Below, piece after piece: positions 37,869 to 47,200 of a DNA stretch of 64,000 nucleotides. A program made the translations under genes and the position numbers. This stretch comes from Candidatus Krumholzibacteriia bacterium (GTDB taxonomy: Bacteria; Krumholzibacteriota; Krumholzibacteriia; LZORAL124-64-63). Under the pieces are notes generated by a model. The model was given only the letters and a program-made list of their open reading frames with translations, was not told the DNA's origin and did no database searches. Every line of letters starts with the position of its first letter. The stretch's first letter is position 1. Where the stretch lies: the NCBI GenBank assembly GCA_050174015.1, contig JBFXKG010000007.1:128001-192000 (forward strand), read 5' to 3'.

Positions 37869-39797
37869 ATGAAGAGGATTCCCATGACGACGAAGACGGG
37901 AGCGGCCTTGGCCCTTCTGATCTGTGCCGGGACGGCTGCAGCCGGCGATCTGCCTGTCCAGGCCCACCGGTTCTGGGCGCCGGCCGGCGACCTGGTCGGT
38001 CAAGAGGACCATTTCGCAGCAACGTTCCTGGTCCTGGACGATCACGGCAGCACCGCCAAGATCGCCGAGGACTGGCAACTGATCGAGCAGTACGCGGGTG
38101 AAGGGCTTTTCCGCTGGTCCGGCAAGGGACTCGGCGGAGGCGACCTGGTCCTGCGCGGGTACGGGACGACGCAGACCGGCGACTTCAACGGACGCTTTGG
38201 GGCGTCCTGCTCGCGGACCGGCCGCATGGTCTGGAACCTGGACTACCGGCTCTTCGACAACTTCTACGACACGACCAGCGAGATGCGCACCTACGCCTTC
38301 AGCCTCGGCTCGGAGCCGCCGGTCCTGGAGCCGGCTCCGGCCCTGGGCTGGAACCGCGGACGGTTCGGCCTGCGCTACCACCTGGCCGACGGTCTGGACG
38401 CCAGGGTCGGCTACGTCAGGATGGCCCGCGACGGCGACAAGAGCAGTCTCGATCGACTCCACGGCTCGACCGTAGAGTACGCCCAGGTTCCCGGACGCAA
38501 GGTCCTGGACCTGACCTCCCAGGAGTTCACCGTGGGCTTCAGCCTGGCCCGGGGGAACCTCGGCACCGACCTGGAACTGGGCTACCGGGGATACGACGGC
38601 ACCCGCACGATCGACGACGACCGGACCGTCGCCGACGACCACAAGACCACCAGCGCCCGCCTGGACCTGGCCTACGACATGGGCCCGAGCCTGCGCCTGC
38701 TCGGCGGGGGATCCCTCGCCAAGGTGGAGAACGACGGCAGCGAGACCCGGGACGGCGGGGGCCGCCCGCTGACCACCGAGACCGACCTGAGCGCAGGCCG
38801 GCTGGGGGCCATCGCCAGGCTGGGCGATTCCGCCGTGCTGCGTCTGGGCGCGGTGGTCCAGGCCCGGAACACCGAAGGCGACCTCGACGCGGGAACCGAC
38901 GAGGTCCTGGCGGTGGACCGGGAGCGCAAGAGCACCGACCTGAGGGCCCGCCTCTCCTACACGGGGATTTCCCGGACAAGGCTGCAGGGCCACGTCGGCT
39001 ACAAGACGTCCGACCTGGACGAGGTGACCACCTCCGGCGGACTGCCCGGGGGCCAGGTCGAAGCGGCCCAGATCGTGGCCCAGGAAAAGACCACCTTCAC
39101 CGCGGGTTTCGACGCCAGCAGGCGCCTGAGCCGCAAGGTCTCCCTGCGGCTGGACTTCGGCTACTCCGGGACAGAGACCGACGAGTTGACCACCAATGCC
39201 AACGGCGGGACCGACCTGTGGTACTTCGCCATGGGCGACCGCAAGCAGGACCGGATGGACTGGCGCATCGCCCTGCAGGCCCGTCCCCTGACGACCCTGC
39301 GGCTGGACGTCGGCCACCAGACCGACGAGAGGACCTTCGAGCGCGAGGACGGACTCTCCTCGAAGACGGAGTGGAAGGCGCAGCAGGGCTTCGCCGCCCT
39401 GTCGTGGGTCGCCCACGAGCGCGTCACCTTCACCGGGAACGTCACCTACGGGGTGGAGGAGTTCACCTTGACCGGCGGCCCCGAACCCACCGCGGGCCTT
39501 GGCCCCCTGCGCTATGACGGCACGACCCTGCGGTTCATGCCCGGGGCCTGCGTACGGCTCAGCGGGAAGTGGACGCTCGAGGGCTTCTACGAGGGCGTCC
39601 GCTACGAGGACACCGGGGATGAAGGGGTCATCGACGTCCTGGAGGCGGACCACGATCGGACCACCATCCGCTCGTCCTACCGGCTGGGCGAGCCCCTGAC
39701 GGTGACGGCGACCTACCGCCGGTACGAGTTCGACGAGAACCGCTGGGACGACACCATCACCGACCTGTACGCCCTATCCCTGTCGGGGAGGTTCTAA
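37869..39797 (+). CDS. Outer-membrane beta-barrel, MtrB/PioB-like partner of the decaheme cytochrome
   Basis: Signal peptide, many amphipathic beta-strands, C-terminal beta-signal 'YALSLSGRF'. 642 aa, directly downstream of the MtrA-like gene. Confidence 0.8.
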   Translation: MKRIPMTTKTGAALALLICAGTAAAGDLPVQAHRFWAPAGDLVGQEDHFAATFLVLDDHGSTAKIAEDWQLIEQYAGEGLFRWSGKGLGGGDLVLRGYGTTQTGDFNGRFGASCSRTGRMVWNLDYRLFDNFYDTTSEMRTYAFSLGSEPPVLEPAPALGWNRGRFGLRYHLADGLDARVGYVRMARDGDKSSLDRLHGSTVEYAQVPGRKVLDLTSQEFTVGFSLARGNLGTDLELGYRGYDGTRTIDDDRTVADDHKTTSARLDLAYDMGPSLRLLGGGSLAKVENDGSETRDGGGRPLTTETDLSAGRLGAIARLGDSAVLRLGAVVQARNTEGDLDAGTDEVLAVDRERKSTDLRARLSYTGISRTRLQGHVGYKTSDLDEVTTSGGLPGGQVEAAQIVAQEKTTFTAGFDASRRLSRKVSLRLDFGYSGTETDELTTNANGGTDLWYFAMGDRKQDRMDWRIALQARPLTTLRLDVGHQTDERTFEREDGLSSKTEWKAQQGFAALSWVAHERVTFTGNVTYGVEEFTLTGGPEPTAGLGPLRYDGTTLRFMPGACVRLSGKWTLEGFYEGVRYEDTGDEGVIDVLEADHDRTTIRSSYRLGEPLTVTATYRRYEFDENRWDDTITDLYALSLSGRF

Positions 39798-39800
39798 GCG

Positions 39801-40400
39801 GTGACCAGCGATCGGCGGCAGCAGATCCTGACAGAAGCGACGACCCTGTTCGCCAGGCTGGGCGCGGCGGGAACCTCCATGCGGAGGATCGCCAGGAGCT
39901 GCGGGATCACCGAGGCCGCCATCTACCGCCACTTCGAGAACAAGGCCGACCTCTACCGGGAGGCTATCCGCCAGAAGGCCACCCGCCACGACCTGGCGGG
40001 CCACCTGGCGGGCATGGCCGGTGCAGGAGACGTCGAGGACGTCCTCGGCGGCGTGGCCCGGGCGATCCTGGCCCTGGCGAACAAGGATCCCGAACTGATG
40101 CGCCTGATGTTCAAGAACAGCTTCGACGGCGGCGAGGTCGCGGGAGTGCTGTTCCGGGAGGTCAGGTTGCCGTTCATCGCGTTTTTGAAGGAAGAGCTCC
40201 AGAAGCGGATCGACGCCGGCGAGATCCGGCCCGTCGATCCGTTCATCACCGCCCGCTGCTTCGTGGGCATGGTCATGGATTGCGCCCTGAACGTCGGCGT
40301 CTGGACCACGGTTTCGGAGGCCGAATTCCAAGCCGACGACGTGATCTGCAACAACGTTCCGATTTTTGCCCGAGGCCTGAAACGCGACGCCGCCGGTTGA
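39801..40400 (+). CDS. TetR/AcrR family transcriptional regulator
   Basis: HTH 'RRQQILTEATTLFARLG...TSMRRIARSCGITEAAIYRHFENKADL'. Confidence 0.93.
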   Translation: MTSDRRQQILTEATTLFARLGAAGTSMRRIARSCGITEAAIYRHFENKADLYREAIRQKATRHDLAGHLAGMAGAGDVEDVLGGVARAILALANKDPELMRLMFKNSFDGGEVAGVLFREVRLPFIAFLKEELQKRIDAGEIRPVDPFITARCFVGMVMDCALNVGVWTTVSEAEFQADDVICNNVPIFARGLKRDAAG

Positions 40401-40425
40401 GGCGGCGCCAACCCAGGAGAGTCCC

Positions 40426-41931
40426 ATGAGACGTGCACTATCCCTGATGGCCGTGACGGCGCTGGTCCTCCTGGCGCTCTGGGGGTGTGAAAACGACACA
40501 TCCAACCAGATCGCCGGGATCGACGACGGCGGCCCCACCACGACGGACATGACCTGCGTGGGCTGCCACTCGAGCGAGGAGATGCTGAAGGCCGCCCTGG
40601 GCGATCCCCAGGGAGCGGAAATCCACACGTGGAACAAGGACGACGGCTGAGGGGGCGAAGTACCCGCGCTGGAAGCGTGGGAAAAGGTCATCATCACCGG
40701 CCGCTACGGCACCGAGTTCCTGAACAGCCCCCACGGGCCGGACTACGAGGGCGACGACGTCGCTCACGTCCTGACCTGCCAGATGTGCCATGGCGGGGCG
40801 CCCGACCGCTCCTTCGCCACCATGGAACAGGCCCATGCGGGCATGGTGAGGGATCCGAGCGCCCCCGGGCAATCGGGCTGCCTGGCCTGCCATGAGGAGG
40901 ACGAGCCCGAATCCGCCTGCTCCATGTGCCACGAGGCGGAGGCCGACGCCAACCGCTTCAGCCTGCACAGCCGGCAATGGGGATACCTCACCGCGATCGA
41001 GGACCGCTGCAACTGCACCTTCGACGGGGAAGGCAACCCCGGCTACCAGGCCCGCTGCGCCGGCTGCCACACCACCTGCGGGCAGTGCCACGTCAGCCGA
41101 CCCAACAGCGTGGGCGGGGGGTTCCCGAAGTTCGGGGGCGTGGCCTATGCGGGCCACCGTTTCTCCCGCACCCCGGACATGAACGAACAGTGCACCGCCT
41201 GCCACGGCAGCCGGGTGGGCGTGGACTACAAGGGCGAACTCGCGGGCAACCTTCCGGACGTCCACCGCGACAGGGGCTACAAGTGCGAGCTCTGCCACAA
41301 GGCCGACGAGATCCACGGGGACCCCAGCCATACCGAGAGCAACCATTACGATCACCGCTACGAGGTGGCCAACATGCCGCGTTGCGAGGACTGCCACGGG
41401 CCCGGCATGGACGATGGCTGGGACAATCCCTACCACGCCGCCCACGTGAACGGCTTCGCCGGGGACGCCAACCTGCAGTGCCAGGTCTGCCACTCGCAGC
41501 CCTACAAGAACTGCACGAATTGCCACAACCTGCAGACCGCCGCGGGCGAGAGCTACGACATCGAACCTTCGTTGGCCCAGCTGAAGATCGCACGGAATCC
41601 GAGCCCGTACCGTACGGAATACGACTTCGCGTTGGTACGGCACACGCCGATCGACCCGGAGACCTTCGCCAACTGGAACCTGAGCCTGCCCGGCTATCTG
41701 AGCAAGACCACCTGGCAGTACACGTCCCCGCACAACGTCCGCAGGTGGACGGAGCAGACGACCGTGCCCGAGGGGGCGTCATGCTCGGTCACCTGCCACC
41801 AGTCGCCCGACGGCCCGGAGGGGTTCCTCCTGCGGGAGTCCGACCTCTACGACGGCCAGGGGGCTCCCCTGGTGGACTACGACGCCAACATCGGCATCGT
41901 GATCCGGGAGGACTTCCCGGGCAAGAAGTAG
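40426..41931 (+). CDS. Putative selenocysteine-containing multiheme c-type cytochrome lipoprotein (501 aa; UGA at codon 75)
   Basis: ORFs 40426-40650 and 40783-41931 are in the same frame and separated only by TGA 40648-40650 (…KDDG-U-GGEVPALEAWEKV…). Lipobox LWGC, 11 CxxCH plus one CxxxCH, SECIS-like hairpin right after the TGA. Confidence 0.85.
40663..40681 (+). promoter_or_regulatory. Bacterial SECIS-like stem-loop
   Basis: CCCGCGCT-GGA-AGCGTGGG forms an 8-bp stem (one G-U) with a G-starting apical loop that begins 21 nt after the in-frame UGA. Confidence 0.75.
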
Positions 41932-41939
41932 CGTCAAGG

Positions 41940-41963
41940 GGCCGCCCGCGCAGGCGGGCGGCC
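41940..41963 (+). other. Intergenic GC-rich hairpin without U-tract
   Basis: GGCCGCCCGC-gcag-GCGGGCGGCC, perfect 10-bp stem between the seleno-cytochrome and rhodanese genes. Confidence 0.6.
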
Positions 41964-42028
41964 ATCAACCATGGCGGCACAGGGGGCTGCCGAACGGGGC
42001 GAGTTCGCCCGTACAAGGAGTGGGAACG

Positions 42029-43870
42029 ATGTTGAAACGCTGGACCTGGCTCGTTCTGGTCATGATCGCCCTGACCGCTTTCTGGGGCTGTTCCGACGAC
42101 GACGACCCGACGAACGTGACGACCGAGACCGCCTTCGAGATCATGGCGGCCGCCGGTGCGGAATACATCAATGACAACACGGATTGCCCGGGCGTGATCA
42201 GCGCCCAGGCCCTTCATGACAACCTCGAGGCCTATACTGTGATCGACATCCGCTCGGAAAGCACCTACCTGAACGGACACATTCCTGGCGCCTACAACAG
42301 CAGCCTGGCGACCATCCTGGACGACCTGGCGGCCAAGTCGATCCCCACGGACAAGCCTATCGTGGTGACCTGCTACACCGGGCAGAGCGCCGGGTTCGCG
42401 AAGATCGCCCTGGAGCTTTCCGGCTACGAGGACGTCAAGACCCTCGGCTTCGGCATGTGCTCCTGGAACGAGGCGACGGCCGGGGGCTGGAACTCCGGGA
42501 CCGGGAACACCCTCGCCAATCCCGAGACCACCAACAACAACAGCGAACTCGTCGAGTACGCCTTCCCCGTCCTGGGCGAAAGCAAGGACACCGTCGTTCG
42601 GGACCGGATCGACCTCCTGCTCGCCGGAGGCTTCAAGAGCAAGAATTTCACCGACATCCAGGACAATCTGGACAGCTACTTCATCATCAACTATTTCGGG
42701 GAAGCGGACTACCTGGGCACCGGATCCTCCGGCGTCCCGGGTCACATCCCCGGTTCGTACCAGTTCACACCGGCCGCGAGCCTGGGCTATGACCAGATGC
42801 TCAAGTACGTTCCCACCGACATGCCCATCATCGTCTACTGCTGGACGAGCCAGACGAGTTCCCAGATCGCCGCCTACCTGAGGATGCTGGGCTACGACGC
42901 GTACAGTTTGCGCTTCGGCGCCAACAACCTCTTCTACGACAGCCTCACGGCCCACAAGTGGACCGGCCCGGCGGGTTACGACATGGAAGTCGGCCCGGCC
43001 CCCACCGCCGAATTCTCCACCATCGCCGGCGCGGTCGAGGACTACATCAACGACAACACGGACTGTCCGGGCGTCATCTCGGCCCAGAACCTCTACGACA
43101 ACCTGGCGACCTATACGGTCATCGACATCCGGTCGGCCACCGACTACGCCACCCTGGGCCACATCGCGGGCGCCCACAACACGACGCTGGCCAACATCCT
43201 GACCTACGTGGACGGCCTGGGCCTCACGACCTCCGATCCCATCTGCGTGGTCTGCTACTCGGGCCAGAGCGCCGGGCATGCCAAGGTGGCCCTGGAACTG
43301 TCCGGATACGAGAACGTCAAGACCCTGGGCTTCGGCATGTCCTCCTGGAACGCCGCCACCGCGGGTCCGTGGAACTCGAACACGGGCAATACCCTGACCA
43401 ATCCCGAGACCGCGAACAACAACGGCGACCTGGTCGGCCATGCCTATCCGACGCTGACCGGCGCCACTCTGGAGGACCGGGTCCAGGCCATGCTGACGGC
43501 CGGGTTCAAGGGCAAGAAGTACGTGGACATCCAGGACTACCTGGACGACTACTTCATCGTGAACTACTTCGGGGAGGCCGACTACCTGGGCGCCGGAACA
43601 TCCGGCGTTCCCGGCCACATCCCCGGGGCCTACCAGTTCACGCCGTATGCGAGCCTCGAGGTGGGCGGGATGCTGGCCAACCTGCCGACGGACATGCCCA
43701 TCGTGGTCTACTGCTGGACGGGCCAGCACAGCTCGCAGGTCACCGCGGCCTTGAACATCCTGGGCTACGAGGCCTACAGCCTGACCTACGGGTCCAACAA
43801 CCTGTTCTACGACCAGTTGACTGCGAACAAGTGGACGGCGCCGGCGGACTTCCCCCTGTCGTTCGAATAG
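42029..43870 (+). CDS. Lipoprotein with four rhodanese (sulfurtransferase) domains, formed by internal duplication
   Basis: Lipobox FWGC. 'VIDIRS...GHI(P/A)GA' motifs. Active-site loops CYTGQSA, CWTSQTS, CYSGQSA, CWTGQHS. Confidence 0.92.
   Translation: MLKRWTWLVLVMIALTAFWGCSDDDDPTNVTTETAFEIMAAAGAEYINDNTDCPGVISAQALHDNLEAYTVIDIRSESTYLNGHIPGAYNSSLATILDDLAAKSIPTDKPIVVTCYTGQSAGFAKIALELSGYEDVKTLGFGMCSWNEATAGGWNSGTGNTLANPETTNNNSELVEYAFPVLGESKDTVVRDRIDLLLAGGFKSKNFTDIQDNLDSYFIINYFGEADYLGTGSSGVPGHIPGSYQFTPAASLGYDQMLKYVPTDMPIIVYCWTSQTSSQIAAYLRMLGYDAYSLRFGANNLFYDSLTAHKWTGPAGYDMEVGPAPTAEFSTIAGAVEDYINDNTDCPGVISAQNLYDNLATYTVIDIRSATDYATLGHIAGAHNTTLANILTYVDGLGLTTSDPICVVCYSGQSAGHAKVALELSGYENVKTLGFGMSSWNAATAGPWNSNTGNTLTNPETANNNGDLVGHAYPTLTGATLEDRVQAMLTAGFKGKKYVDIQDYLDDYFIVNYFGEADYLGAGTSGVPGHIPGAYQFTPYASLEVGGMLANLPTDMPIVVYCWTGQHSSQVTAALNILGYEAYSLTYGSNNLFYDQLTANKWTAPADFPLSFE
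42164..43837 (+). repeat. Intragenic direct duplication (units about 42164-42964 and 43043-43837)
   Basis: 'YINDNTDCPGVISAQ...NNLFYD.LTA.KWT' occurs twice, offset by 879 nt. Confidence 0.88.
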
Positions 43871-43901
43871 GGATCAACCGGTCAGATTATTGGACGGCGA
43901 G

Positions 43902-43932
43902 GGAGGGGCTGCGGCCCCTCCTTCTTTTCTTT
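43902..43932 (+). terminator. Rho-independent terminator closing the cytochrome/rhodanese operon
   Basis: GGAGGGGC-tgcg-GCCCCTCC followed by TTCTTTTCTTT. Confidence 0.8.
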
Positions 43933-44002
43933 GGAATTCCGGTCGGGATGGTCCCCATGGGATCAACCTTGTTGTTTCGCAATGTCCTGTTTCCCAATGT
44001 CC

Positions 44003-44031
44003 TTGACACCCAGGTCACGATATGGGACAAT
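44003..44031 (+). promoter_or_regulatory. Sigma70-like promoter
   Basis: TTGACA-17 nt-GACAAT with an extended -10 TG. Confidence 0.5.
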
Positions 44032-44282
44032 ATCTCCCTCGCCCCATATCGCCCAGGTTCCCGGGTTCGCCCCCCGCCGGGATATATCAATTCGCGTTCG
44101 CTTTGCGTCGGAATACAACGCAGGATAATGCACATTTTCTTCAGAATTATGACCGACGGAACGGTCCTCTGATTCACCGAGCGAGGTGATTCAGCCCCTT
44201 GGCGCCCTGGACAGGCCCTGCCAGCAATCGATCCCAATCCGGGGTTTTGTCATTTCATATCTTCAATGCGGGGGTTAATCCA

Positions 44283-47200
44283 ATGAAGCGATGTGTGTGC
44301 GTGTCCAGCCTGGTCCTCGGGCTGGTCTTCTGTGTGGGCATGACCGGGACCGCCGAGGCTGATCCGCTGGGAGGGTGGACGCCGTTCGTCATCAGGAACG
44401 CGACGACGACCGGGAACCCGCCGGCATTCAACACGTTCCCGGCGCCCGACCACACGGTGGAGTTCCTCGTCACCGAGGGGGGGCAGAAAGCGGGACTCGG
44501 AACCGATGCGGTCAACGGGTCCCTGGTCCAGGACATCCTCACCCTGCATCTGGACCGGCTCGATGACGTGGGTACTTCGGGTTCCCTCTACGGGCCCTAC
44601 TTCAACATCTGGGTCACCGACGATGCCGGCCACTATGCGGTCATCGCCAACGAGCCCTCCAACGCGGAATGGGCGGCCGACCGCTGGTACGCGGCGAGCT
44701 GGGACGACCTCAAGATCAAGACCTGCAAGGTCTACGAGACACCCGGCTGGAACACCGGCACGAGCTGGGTCCACACCTACGCCGGTATGAGCAGCGGCCT
44801 GACCTTCGAGGACGTTGCAGGGTTGAAGATCATGCCGCCTCCGGCCGCCTACATCACCGATCCCCTCAACGAAGTCGGCAGCGGCGCTCCTGACGAACTG
44901 GGCACCAATGTGGCCTACGGCTACAACTGGATCTTCGGGGACACCCTCGCCAACTACGTCAGCGGCGATCCAGGTTTTCTGGTCGGGAACTACTACATCT
45001 ACGATGCCTACCCGGTCCAGAACACCACGCAGTTGACGGGTTACATGACCATCGAGGCTGCCCTGGCCGCCGCCAATCCCTACGACACGATCACCGTGGC
45101 CAACGGGCCGTACAGCCCCGTCGGGACCCTGAACGTGACGGTGCCGTTGACCCTGACGGGGGAGAGCGAATCCGGTGTCGCCATCCAGATCCCGGCGGCC
45201 GGTGGGTACGGGTTCTCCGTGGGTGCCCATGCGGTCACACTGCAGAACTTCACCCTGGTCTGCGCTGCGGCCAACGAGAACTATCCCATCCATGCCTCCG
45301 GGACGGGCAATCCCCCCGGAGGATACACCGGGCTGAACATGACCGGCGTCACGGTCATCGGCTCCCACAGGAGGGCCGGAATCGACATCCACGGCTACAA
45401 CGACGTCGTCCTGTCCCACGTCTCGTCATTCGACGCCTGGGGCGGCAACGGCATCCAGCTGACGGGCGTGGTCGGCGCCGATCTGGACAACATCACCACC
45501 GGCGACAACGCCTGGGGGTCCATCGCCATCTACTGCTCGAGTCCCACCTATCTGAATCGTGGTTCGAGCGATGTGGTCATCGACGGGGCCACCCTGAACG
45601 TGGGCGAGGATTACGTCTTCAGCCAGGACGAGTTCGGGCTGTTCAACGGCACCTACAGCATCACCGGCTACGAGTACAACGTCCGGAACTCACGGTTCAG
45701 GGAAGCACTCGGGTATACCGATTCCGAAGGCTACACCTTCCTGCGGGACGATCTGGCAGACGCCGCGGCCTTCGCCCTGGCGTTCACCGGCTACGAGCAG
45801 TACTCGACGATCATGGAGGTTGCCACGGGGGACTATTTCGTCTTGGACGGAATGAGCATCCAGGCGGCCGTCACCGAGGCTGATCCGGGATCCACCATCC
45901 ATGTGGGGCCGGGAACCTATGTGGAGGGGGTCCTCATCGAGAAGAACCTGACCCTGCTCGGCGCCACGGCCGGCGTCAACAAGAACGGATATCCAGTTCC
46001 CGCGGGCTATGCCTGGGATCCGATGGTGGAGAGCATCATCAGTCACCCGGATCCCGTCACGGGATACGACGCCATCGTGGACATCCATGACACCGACAAC
46101 GTAACCTTCGACGGTTTCGTCGTCGAGGAATTGAATGCGGTGGCAAACAAGAACGTTTCCCTGATCAGGGTCTATGCCCACACCAGGGAGATCACCAACA
46201 TCGACGTCGTCAATTGCATCATCGGCCCCAACACCAACACGACCCTCCAGGACGGAGCCCAGGGGCGGATGGGGCTCTACATCATCAACCATCCCTACAA
46301 CAATCTCGGCGTGGTGAACAGCACCTTTGCCGGTAACAAGATCTTCGATTGCCAGGGGAACGGCGACAACGTGTTTCTCTGGACCTCGTACTACGCCTAC
46401 GGGGCGCCTGGCCCGGCTGACATGACAGGAACGGTGATCGAGGACAACGAGATCTACGGGTCGCACCGGTCGGGCATCGAGACCGCCGGCGGTTTCGCCA
46501 ATCTGGTTATCCGGAACAACACGATCTACGGCCAGTCCGGCTTGCCTGGCGATGATCCGGACTTCCTGAAATACGGACACGGGATCCAGTTGATCCGGGG
46601 CTCCTCGGACAAGGTTTCCGATCCATTGACCGCCTATGGCCCGGTGGATCTGCTCATCGAGGGCAACGAGATCTACGGCAATCAGAAGTGCGGCATCTAC
46701 ATGGGTCCCAAGAACGACAACGTCCAGTTCGTGGGGAACATCATTCATGACAACGGCTGGGACGGCATCATGCTGGATCTCGAAGGCAACTACTGGAATC
46801 CCCAGTACGAGAGCCCTCCCCTGAGCGGCGATTATGCCTGCTATGATTGCAGCGAGGACATCTCCGCCTCGGGCAACGAAATCTACGGAAACGGAACTCT
46901 GGGCAACCCGATCGCACAGCACGGGTTCCAGGTGGTCGGGTTGCCGACCAACGGCCTCGTGGTCGGAGCGGAGGACAACTGGTGGGGAGATTCCACCGGG
47001 CCACTCGACTCCAGTGACGATACCGGAACCGGAGGTCTGTACAATCCCGGCGGTCTCGGGGATGAGGTCACCGACCACGTCGACTACTACCCCTGGCTCG
47101 GGATTTCCGGCGTCGCGGTCGCTCCGGCGACCTCCGGCCCCCTGACCTGCGGCCTGACCCAGACCCTGACCTTCAGCCTGACGACGGACGAGTACACGCC

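Noticed and set aside
40648..40650. Genome-wide UGA reassignment (genetic code 4 or 25)
   Set aside because: TGA terminates many clear genes here (tsaD, priA, porB) and TGG encodes Trp throughout.
40783..41931. Stand-alone 382-aa cytochrome, with 40426-40650 as a separate small lipoprotein or the pair as a pseudogene
   Set aside because: The predicted start is inside a CxxCH motif with no RBS or signal peptide. In-frame continuity plus the SECIS-like hairpin favour Sec readthrough, and there is no other sign of decay.
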